A stretch of 64,000 bases of DNA from Octopus sinensis (Eukaryota). Numbering within the stretch: the first letter of the stretch is position 1; every line of letters starts with the position of its first letter. Positions 53,455-64,000 of the stretch are shown here, piece after piece. A program made the translations under genes and the position numbers. Where the stretch lies: contig NC_042998.1 in NCBI RefSeq assembly GCF_006345805.1, positions 105,772,001-105,836,000 on the forward strand, in the 5' to 3' direction. Under the pieces are notes generated by a model. That model did no database searches. It was not told the DNA's origin and saw only the letters and a program-made list of their open reading frames with translations.

Positions 53455-55010
53455 GTTTTTGTTCCAGCACACAATCTCAGATCAGGTCACTTACTATGCA
53501 AGAACATCTCCATAATATATATATATAAATTAATATAAACAGATAGGCATAATATAATACCATAAAGGAAAAATATTATCGCCATTAAATGTGACTGAGT
53601 TTGCTGAAACACCTACATTGCTAGAAATAAGGGTTAAAGACTTTTAATGCAGTAAGAAGAGCACAATATACACAGTGACAAGGGAAATAACCATCCCATG
53701 ACTATATATAGCATATACATCTAAAAATACACTATTTTTCTAAAATATTACTGATAGTAATTCTGAGATATATATTGACTAGATTAAAACATTAACTTTA
53801 CCATAGAGACAATGAGCAGGCACGTTTTATTTTGCATTCAAAAAATAGTTGTTTGCAATGTCTTGACATAATCTTTATTTTTGGTTCAAGGACATGGCCA
53901 TTAAACAAATAACTACTGAGACTAGATCTTGTTAGATCTCTTCTCTTTTAACCTGTTCACTTTGGTTAATTCTACCAGCAGAGCTGTTAGGCTCATAAAG
54001 TTTTATAAATCTCCTTGCCATGAAAATATGACAATCTCTAAGAGAGTTTCTTTATATAGCCTCTTTTCAAAACGAAGAAGATGCAATCACTTTTTTTTTT
54101 AATAACTCATCAAAAAAAAAAGTCTTACATCAATAATCCATTAAAATAAGCTCTTTGGATAGTTTATTGATATTAAGAATTCACTTGAACACTTAAAATA
54201 TTGATCTTCTTCAAATAACTCCTGTAAAACTATTATCTTTTGTGAATAACTATTCAAAACCTTTATAAAGAGATATTAAGAAAACAACATGTAACTGCTT
54301 TGAAAATGAAATTAACTTCGTATTTATTTTTTCATCCATTTCTCTAAATTTGTATGGATGGGTGAGTTTTGTTGGAACAATTGTTTTAGAAACTCACTGC
54401 ATTTCCTAATAAGTAACCGGACAACCATGAAGTAGAGATTGGAACAAGTTTTAGGCGAATCAATTTAGCAAACTCTAAGCAAGTAGAGTTATGTACCTTG
54501 TTAACAAACACACCATAATTGTTGTCACAAAGGCAGTGAGCCGGCAGAATCATTAGCTCATCAAATAAAATGCTTAGTGGCATTTTTTCCAGCTCTTTAC
54601 ATTCTGAGATCAAATACAACTAAGGCTGACTTTGTCTTTCATCCTCTTGGAGTTGACAAAATAAAATACCAGTGAAGTACTGGGCTCAGTGTAATTGACA
54701 GGTCTCCTTCCCTCTACAATTGCAAGCCTTGTGCCAAATAGGAAACAATTGGTCTTATACTCGTTAAGGTGGTAAGATGACAGAAATGTTTGTGAACAGC
54801 ATTTCTGCCAACTTTTTACATTCTGAGTTCAAATCCTGCCAAGTCAACTTTACCTTTCATTTTTTCAGGGTTGATAAAATAAAATACCAGTCATGTATTG
54901 AGATTAATGTTATCTACTTAGCCCCTGCATCTCCTTGTTCCAAAATTTGAAACCGTTATTCTTTTACTCATTCAATGATTTAGTTATTAGGCTGCAACCA
55001 CACTGGGTTT

Positions 55011-55041
<31 letters not shown>

Positions 55042-55052
55042 TGTGTGTGTGT

Positions 55053-55121
<69 letters not shown>

Positions 55122-56615
55122 TGTGTGTGTGTTCATGTCAACACCAGTACATATTTCAGCTGAGTACATCAACATCATCATCATTATTCAATGTCTATTT
55201 TCTGTGCCACCATTGGTTGGATGGCTTGACCAGAGCAGGCAAACTGGAGAGCTGCACCAGACTCTAGTCTAGTTTGGCATGGTTTCTATGGCTGGATGCC
55301 CTTCCTAATGCCAACCACTTTACATTGTGCTGGATGTTTATACGTAGCACCACACAGGTGCTTTTATGTGGCACTGCACAGGCACTTTTACATAGCACTG
55401 CACAGGCACTATTATGTGACACCCCAACAAGTGCTTTTCATCACCAGAGGCACCAGCCTTAACACTTCTGCTGCAAAGTATGGGTCTTCTTGAGTACAGT
55501 AAGGCAGCAGGCATCTCGATCCTTTGTCATCTCACCTGAAAGGTTCAGCGTCCTGAAGTCCTTCTTCAGTACTTTATCTCATGTCTCCCACCTTTACATG
55601 TTCCATCTACTTTGAGAGATCAGCACTTCTTTATTTATCAATTTATATTTTGTCAAATGGCTTAGTTACATTTATGGAAACAACCCCATGTTTGGGTCTT
55701 TTAACCAGTGGAATTGTGTCAAACACATACAAATTCATCGATCCATTAATTCATCCATCCATCCATACATACACATAAACACACATGCACACACACATAC
55801 ATGTATGTATATCAATCAAATACCACAGGCAGAGCATGTATTAATCCAAAGCTATAGTGTAAGACACTTGGCCAAAATACAGTGCAATGCATTTGAACCC
55901 AGAAACAGGTAGTTGCTTAGTGTATCTCTTAAACATAGTCATGCCTGCATATTTTAAGGATTAGATTCATGACCATGCATGCATGAATCAAAGAACAGCA
56001 TTTATATCACTGTACAACTGCACAAATTCAGACACAATAACAAAATGGGTAGAATAATTCTATGGAGATTGGAAAAAGTATAAGAAATAACTGAGACTGA
56101 TGTGAGAGGAGCTTCAAAGTCAAAGAGTAAATAAACATCAATGTACAGCAATTGAACCCTTTGATCGTTTCATACTACCTGTTTTTATGAGCTTTCTTGC
56201 CTTTCTCTCTCTCTCTTCTCTCTCACCCCTCCTCTCTCACTCCCGTGCTTTCTTTTCTCTCATTCCTCCTCTCTTTCTCTCTTTGTATTTGTGTGTGTAT
56301 ATATACACATATATATGAACACACATGCATATAAACTGCTCTTCAAAACTATAAAGCCAGGCACTGTCTGTTTTTTTTTTCTGGTGAACTATGCTACCTA
56401 AATTCATGAAACTCACCTCTACATAGGAAATGGAATAGAAGAAGACATTGCAATATTCAAATTTATTGAAATCCAAAAATAAATTGGGTAATAATTCAAA
56501 AACATATACAGAGCCAGAAACCCTCTATTCAAAACTAAATGGAAGGTTGAATAACGTTGCAAAAATGATGCAAAACAGGGAAATTATGATAATTTCAATG
56601 ATATTCTCATGCAAT

Positions 56616-57626
56616 ACATCAACTATAGTGTGTTTGATCACCAACTTCCTCAATTACTTGAAAGACACACGATCTCAAGCTTCCTATCAACTTCTGCAGC
56701 AGTTCAAGGGGAAACTTTTCCCAGGCCTTCTTTATTGCTGTTTCAAATTCATCAACAGATGAATACTGCTTGCCTTCGCTGTGCACAACATTCCTGAGAT
56801 ATCCCCAGACATTCTCTAGAGGATTAAGGTTGGAACTTCTTGCAGGGCATGGCATGACTTCAACTCCAATTGCATGGAGGAAATCCCAAGATGCCTTTGC
56901 TTTATGAATAGGAGCATTGTTTTGTTGAAATACGAAGTTCTTGCCATGGGGCCTTCTTCCTTTTTTTGTCAATGTGAACCCTGTCCGACATATTGATGTA
57001 TCATGCAGCATTGACATGGCCATCCATGAAGACAAATGGCAGCTTTCCACTGGCAGATATTGCTCCCCACACCATAAGACTGCTTCCATTGTTCTGACAT
57101 TTGGAATAAGTAGAAATTTGTATACATTTATCTGCCCAGTAATACTTAAAACTGTTTTGGGGGAGCCATCGAAATTTCATTTTTTCTCATCAAAGAACAG
57201 AACCATGGGCCATTCACCATTCCACATCTGATGCTGTCAAGCGAACTCCAATCAAACAGCTTTGTGGAAAAGGGACGATAACAGACACACTAGCTGCTTC
57301 TTCAGGTGGAAGCCATGGTTCAAAATCCCTCTTCTTATGTTGGATGTCAAGACTTCTACTCCTGCTGATGCCTTGATTTTGGAAACAGAAGATCAAGGTG
57401 ACTTCTTCATAGCTCTGACAATGGTCCTTTCATCCTTTTCTGATGTAGCCTTGGGACGTCCATCAGCATGAACCCTGTTGTAACCATCAGGATCTTTCAG
57501 AAAACTGTCCACTAGCATTCTGCTTCACCGAATCTTCTCAGCAATCTTTCAGTTATTCGTTCCTTCCCCTTTCAGTGCGAGAATCTTCTTTTGTTCAATT
57601 TCAGAAAGCTTTGTAGCTTTAGGCAT
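56616..57626 (-). mobile_element. Decayed Tc3-like (Tc1 family) transposase
   Basis: Starts MPKATKLSEIEQ...FLKDPDGY...GRPKATSEKDERTIVRA; ORF 56619-57089 has FVFQQNNAPIH, PARSSNLNPLENVWG, GKQYSSV; TIRs not identified. Confidence 0.85.
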
Positions 57627-57902
57627 ACTGGAAATATAACCTAGATCCTGATAGAGAATACATTTGAGTCAAATATTTTCTGAAACAATCTGGAAAAGAA
57701 TAAAAATCTATTAGTGACTCTATAGTTTTGAAGTGTTGATATACTAGGAAAAATTAGAAAATCAGATGTTTTAATGTGATAATAAAGGTACAGGATTTAC
57801 ATTAAAAAGTATTAGCAAAATAGCCACTTACAATATATTATGTGCCTTTGTCCACTTAAAGACAGAGCTAAATATGTGGCTTTATAGTTTTGAATAGAAG
57901 TT

Positions 57903-58107
57903 TACATGAAGGAGTGCTGAAAGGTTCCTGTGTTTAAGGGTACCATGAAAGCCTGGTTGGAGGATGCCCAATCTTCCAACTTCTTTTAAAGGGCTTAGAA
58001 AAACTGAAGGACTGCTGCAATAGTGTGTGAATCTGAGAGGTGATTATGTTGTATAAAATCATAATCAATTGATCCCAAAGCCAAGAACTTTTCAGCACCC
58101 TCTCATA
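57903..58107. mobile_element. mariner-derived MITE
   Basis: TA-flanked ends gagtgctgaaaggttcc / gaacttttcagcaccctctcata, similar to the 5239-6510 TIR. Confidence 0.7.
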
Positions 58108-58340
58108 CAAATACATAGATATGTATACACACGTGTGTGTGTGTGTGTATACACACATCACCAACCAATGCAGGCCTTTCCACTCTCCATGACTTTACAT
58201 ACCTATCATACCCAATTACTACAATTCCTCTCACCATCACTTACTATCTCTAAATACCTGCCCTCACACTCCTATGGAACATCTTCTCTATGCCCTCTGT
58301 ACTACTTATATTTCTCTCCGCTGTTTCCTGTGAGCAGGCC

Positions 58341-58376
<36 letters not shown>

Positions 58377-58820
58377 ATCTATCTATCTCTCACTCTGACT
58401 TGTCTCTATTTTTGTTTCTAACTCACTACCACCTCCCTCTCCTTCCTTGTCCAACTGGGGGTAGCCAAATATCATTTCTGTACTAGGACAACTATCTCTG
58501 GCCTTTTGTCATACTCCAGCCACCTGCCTGGCACAACTACTTCTCTCAGTTACTCTACCTTTCTCAATTGAGAGGTCTTTGTCTTGCAAGCTACTTGGCA
58601 ACGCCATATGTGGTGGTGCCTCATAAAAAGCACCCGTACACTCTGTAAAGTGGTTAGCTTTACGAAGGGCATTCAACGGTAGAGACCATGCCAAACAGAA
58701 TGTCTGGAGCCTGGTGCTGCCCTTTGGCTTGCCAGCTCCTGTCAAACCATCCAACCCATCCCAACATGGAAAATGGATGTTAAAGATGATAATGAGGATA
58801 ATGATATATATATATAGATA

Positions 58821-60505
58821 GTCAATCTCTATTCCAATAGCCCCCACAACCTAGGAATAGAAACAATTCAATTCTGGTTAGAGAATTACGCCAATGAACT
58901 TCCACATCGCATCAAAAAAGAATTTGTGATAGAAGGGCTAAAATTTATCTTGGAGTATAACTACTTCATCTTCAAAGACAACTTCTATCAACAAAAATAG
59001 GGGATTGTGATGAGTACGAGAATGGCCCCCTCTCCTTTACTAACCTAGTTATGGGATATCTAGAAATTAGTCTTTATCGTAAGGTTTTAGAAAAATCTGG
59101 CAGCCCATTCTTCCTCTACATGGAAAATAACTGGAAGAGATACCTGGATGACTGTTTCATTCTCTGGCATGAAAGTATAGAGAGACTTAAAGAATTTTAA
59201 GCACTTATAGATAGACTTGACGTAAACATTCAATTCACAATGGAATATAGCCATGAACAACTTCCCTTCCTCAACATCCTCATTAAGAAATCTAACAACA
59301 TAATAAAAACAGGTATATACTATAAGCCACAGACTCCAAGTAATATTTACTCTTCAACTCATGCAACCACAGACACATCAGAATGAATATCCCCCTCAAC
59401 CTAGCCAAAAGGATATGTACTATAGTTTCTAATGCAAGCACCAGGGACACATGACTACATGAACTAAAGGATACACTCATCACCAGGAACTACCCACCTT
59501 CACTAACATCCACGAACATCCCAAGACATCCACAGACATCCCAAATTAAAGAAGGATTTACAACCAAAAGCCTTACCATACATTTCCACACACAACCCAC
59601 GGTCTACGTCAAAGGATGGCTCTGCACAGATGCTAAATCAAAATTAAAAAAAAACAGAAAAATAGCATTCAGCCAACACATCAACATTTGCGCAAATAAC
59701 AAAAATCCAATCTTCAGAATTTTTCCCCTCTATCAATTCAGGGACGATACAACCTATAGCCAACGAATTAATAAAGAGTCTCTCTTTGTTACAAAATACA
59801 GACCCCTTTTGAATGCATCCACTACAAATGACATATCCACCACAACCTTAGAATAAACACACACACAAATATTAAAAATGATACATTCAAAAGAGATACC
59901 CAAGAATTCATTAAAAACAGTCCCAATCACTACTATAATCTACAACGAGTCATTCTTAGGTCACTTGACCATTTAACATCCTACTACTATCCTACCGACC
60001 TGCATTCTCTTATTATTCTGTCTCCTTCTTCTTCATCTTCTTCCTCTCTGCCACCCCCTTCCTTACTTTACTACCATTACTGTTTAGAATAACACCTACA
60101 CAAATATTATAAACAATACATTCAAAAGAGATATCTTGAGAATTCAATCACTACTACCATCCACAACAAGTCACTCTCAGGGCACTTGACCATTTAACAT
60201 CCTACTACTATTATAGCACTCCTGCATTATTTTCTTCTTCTTCTTCTTCTTCTTCTTCTCTGCCAAGAATTCTCAACAACCTTGAACCCACAAGAGTAAA
60301 CAAGAGAGACAGAGACAGGCAAAAACAAGGAAAATATCCCTTGTATTTGAATTCTATGCAAATATTCTTTTAAAAACTTTTCATTTAATTTTTCCAAAAT
60401 TTAATTGTTTCCCATACTTACAGTTGAAAAAGTCTCAATGACTGAAACTGGTACTGAAATGTTTTTTATAAAATTATTTTAGCATTTTCTACCTTGACTT
60501 TTTTC
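58821..60505 (+). mobile_element. Penelope-like element remnant: RT, GIY-YIG C-terminal tail, 3' pseudo-LTR
   Basis: GIVMSTRMAPS, NLVMGYLE, WKRYLDDCFILW, IQFTMEYSHEQLPFLNILI, NIPLNLAKRICTIVS; then LRQRMALHR, QHINICANNKNPIFRIFPLYQF, FVTKYRPLLN. Confidence 0.9.
60421..60456 (+). ncRNA. Minimal type I hammerhead ribozyme candidate, U3:A8 variant, in the Penelope pseudo-LTR
   Basis: cag-TTGAAAA-AGTC tcaat GACT-GAAAC-tg-GTA-ctg; helix I cag/ctg; perfect 4-bp helix II. Confidence 0.6.
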
Positions 60506-60880
60506 CACACACACACACATATATATATATATATTTGTACACACCCACACTCATGTATTCACAAATGCATATATAAGGAGCTACTGAATAAGTTCTACAT
60601 CCAATATACTTAATGACATGAATGACATCAGGAAAAGAAGATTTTTATTTATATTAGATTTATTTCACTGTTACCCTCAGCACCTCCGATGAGTTTAAAT
60701 GAAAGTAATATACAGCTTGTTATTTGAAAGGAATAGAGGCTGGTGTATCAATGTCAGAAAACACAGAGAGATGAAAACATTGTATCTGTGAAATAGTAGT
60801 TGAAGTATGTGAGTTAAACTTTACCAATGTAGGGTGTTCCTATGCGTACCACCACACATACATGAACATGACACAATTAC

Positions 60881-61017
60881 CTGTCTCTTAGGCAATTTCA
60901 TCAAAGCCTGCTCTGCAGCAAGCATTTGGACCAGGTCTTTAGTTTGAGAATAACTTCATTGATTTCACCAGATTCAGAGACCCTGGAAAATGGTTATACG
61001 GATGGCTTTTTTCTTTC
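60881..61017 (-). other. Candidate exon (137 nt) with ATG at 60925: MLAAEQALMKLPKRQ, phase 0
   Basis: cttttatcag| acceptor and CAG|GTAATT donor; stops upstream of the ATG in all frames, so it would be UTR plus start. Confidence 0.3.
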
Positions 61018-62636
61018 CTGATAAAAGTTTTTTTTTTTAAATAAAAACAGTTTCACTTGATCTTTAAGCAACTAGCAGCAGATAGGTGGCTGAAGTAGAT
61101 TCTAGCACTGAAGATGAAGCCTTGAATTTCAGACACAGTTTTAGCTGTTATATGTGCAAGACAGCATCACAGATTGTATTTGCTGTGACTTTTACTTGTG
61201 CGTTGTTTACATGAGTAGAAGGTGGGATGCCAAACTGTTTTGTTGATAGATATAGCAACTGTATTTGTATTGTTGAAAGAGGTTAGGTTGACATGTCTTA
61301 CTGAGGCTGATTTCGAGTTCACTGTTCACAGAGACAGTGTAAGAGTATTGTAGTGTGTCAAGGTTGTATATGGTTAACAAGTGTCCATAGAAACTTAAGT
61401 TAAGTGAAGGGTGGTATCATATCTTTAGAACAGATGGCATATTTAATCACCATTTTTGAGAATTCTGATATTGAACATGTTGATTATTTAAAAAAGGCAT
61501 TAATTTGGAAGCAGCTTCTATGGCGAGATGCAGACAGTGTAAGAGGGTTGTGATAGTCAAGTATTACTGCAAAAGTTAAATGAATGTAATTGGCATTTAA
61601 TATTTTCAGCTTGGCAGCAAAATTTTAAACGACAAAATAAAATTGAGTGTTTTCCATGAAAATAATCAATTCTGTTTCTCATGATACCCTATGTATGAAC
61701 ATAAACAAACAGAAATGAATGGAAAAGAAAATTCTGAAGGTCAGGTAGCTATAGAATTACAATTCTTATAAAACTCAAGTAGATTATGCCAACATTCATT
61801 GATAGGAAGCATTATATAGTTCTCTGAATGCTTTGTGAAAAATAAATGATAGACATTACCTAACAAAAGTTGGCCTTGACAGGATTTGATTTCAGAAAAT
61901 GAAGAAAAATTAAATTTATTGAAGTTTAAAAAGTTATATATTACAGTGAGTTGATTTGTTATGAGGTGTGAACAAAAATCAATGTTATGGAGACTTGAGA
62001 GAAAGAATACAGAGACTAATATCATGGTCCCAGAAAGGAAAAAGAGAAAAGAAAGAAGGAAATGAGTAATAGAATGGTAGGTATGAGGAAAGAAAGGGAG
62101 AAATGAGAATGTGATTAGTGTGAAACAGGTATGAGTAGTTTTGGAGATGAGCAATGGGGAAGAAAGTAAAACAAGATATTGAAATGGGAAGGAGATGGTG
62201 AAAGCCAGGTCAAATTGAAATAAATGAGAAGTGAAAAGGCAAGACAGGAAGTTTATGCACAAAAGGTTATATACAGAATAATATAAACATGCAAATAAAT
62301 ATTTGTGGGAGACAGAGTGTAAGTAAAGAGGGTATGGGGGAAATAATAATGAACTTTGAAGAGTAATACAAATTGTAAAAAAAGCAATTAGATAGAAAAA
62401 TTTTATTTTATTTCAAGAAGGACAAAATACAAATGTCATGGTTCTAAGATGAGAGATAAGGAAAGGGAAGAAGGTTGAAATAATGAAAAGAGAAGAGTGA
62501 ATGATACGTACTGCAAGAAGATATGTGTGCCAGAGTATAGTCTATATACATTTGGTATGTGTTGTGGATGTACAAATTGTAAGCAACATGTTAGGCAGAG
62601 CAGTATGCATAACTGAACATATATATATATATGTGT

Positions 62637-62683
<47 letters not shown>

Positions 62684-63029
62684 TGTGAATATATACATAT
62701 ACATATGAAAGAAGGTTTGAAAATGCAATTTTAAGGATGTTTATTCACTTGACTGGTTTCACTTTTTTTGAAAAAGATTGTCAAAAGTAAAATGTAAAGC
62801 TTTGTATAAGCTTTGTTGTGTTAAATACTGGTTGTCTCAAGATATTAAAATACATATATACATTCTTTGATAATGATAAGAATATGTTAAAAACAGTTTA
62901 CAATAAAGTATTCAAGAAAGTATTTGAGAAGTAATTTGAGTTCAATGATAATCATGTTTGTTTGGTAGTATATATATATACACAGAAGGAGATATATTTA
63001 AGAATTTACAAAAAATCGGAGAGGAATAA

Positions 63030-63120
63030 CTGACCTGTCTACCTAAGTGATGTCCTGTGCCCACGTATGCATATATATATACATATGTATACATATACAT
63101 ATATATATACATATGTATAC

Positions 63121-63202
<82 letters not shown>

Positions 63203-63210
63203 ATATATAG
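63030..63210. repeat. (TA)n-rich microsatellite
   Basis: Direct reading. Confidence 0.9.
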
Positions 63211-63671
63211 TCTCCCACCACCATCAGTTGACAACCAATGTTGATGCGTTTACATCCCTGTAACTTAGTAGTTCAGAAAAAAGAGACTGATAGAAAAAGT
63301 ACTAGGCTTACAAAGAAGAAGTCCTGAGGTTGATTTGTTTGACTAAAAGTGGTGCTCCAGGATGGCCACAGTCAAATGACTGAAGCAAATAAAAAAGGAA
63401 AAATATGAATCAAGATTCAGTTGAATTAAATACTTAAATTGAGGCACCTTGCTAGTTTGGTATAACCTGCACACCCCCAACAATGTTATTTGAATATTGA
63501 ATATCAAGATTCTATGCAGGGGTATTTGTACCCAATGCTCCTGTCGTGTATGTGGATAACGTAACCCAGCTAAGTGAAAATATCCACTCCTGGTAATTCA
63601 GATATGTACTTTTTATAAAGGTACTTTCTATAGTATTTCCAAAGTACAGATTCCAAATTAGATGAACAAAG

Positions 63672-63719
63672 TATAAATAAGTAACAAAGACACCTGAACA
63701 TCTTTGTTACTTATTTATA
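63672..63719. repeat. Perfect 19-bp inverted repeat with 10-nt loop
   Basis: tataaataagtaacaaaga cacctgaaca tctttgttacttatttata. Confidence 0.9.
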
Positions 63720-64000
63720 TTATATACATATTTAAAAATATAAGAGTACATGAAATATTTTTATACACAAAGATGAGACCATTGACAGGACTTCTTACAT
63801 GGTAAAAAGGGCTAGTTATAACCCAAACCATGAAAAAAAGGATTCATTAGGCATGCTGTTATATCACTAGAATGAAGAAAAAATGAATTAATCCCAAATT
63901 CAAGTTTCACTATTAATTGCCAAATTCACTGATTTGGAATCTGTAGCTCATCAGCGGAATCGCTAATTAATGAATAATTATCCCTCTCTCTCTTTCGGAG

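Noticed and set aside
61741-62262. 173-aa hydrophobic ORF as a membrane protein
   Set aside because: F/L/S richness follows from a purine-rich plus strand; no motif or clear splice context.
713-63263. Most listed ORFs (poly-IY, CV, TH, LLL, III, YYY, NNN etc.)
   Set aside because: They are translations of microsatellites or SINE sequence, with no protein signal.
63672-63719. Rho-independent terminator
   Set aside because: Eukaryotic context, AT-rich stem and no U-tract.

Overview
AT-rich eukaryotic, repeat-saturated DNA, most likely from an Octopus genome. This is an inference from the dense (TA)n/(CA)n/(TAA)n/(TAGA)n microsatellites and the three recurring tRNA- or RTE-tailed SINE families; no database was searched. 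No intact protein-coding gene is recognisable. Recognisable coding remnants are a Helitron helicase, mariner/Tc3-like/maT transposases, an RTE LINE, several R4/Dong-like REL-endonuclease LINEs in (TAA)n tracts, a Penelope-like element (RT + GIY-YIG tail + pseudo-LTR) and a decayed alpha-tubulin pseudogene. A few weakly supported minus-strand exons may belong to a large host gene. The most notable signal is a set of type I hammerhead-ribozyme (HHR) folds found by eye: (i) one per unit in a very young 557-bp x 2.9 tandem array with a 14-bp target-site duplication (12105-13703), which looks like a retrozyme or tandem pseudo-LTR insertion; (ii) two copies of a U3:A8 covariant HHR in a Penelope pseudo-LTR family (11291, 60421); (iii) a degenerate HHR in an 83-bp-arm foldback (53049-53235). 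There are also several local rearrangements (templated insertion, captured transposase fragment, LINE foldback). All folds, alignments and identity figures were done manually and need computational confirmation.
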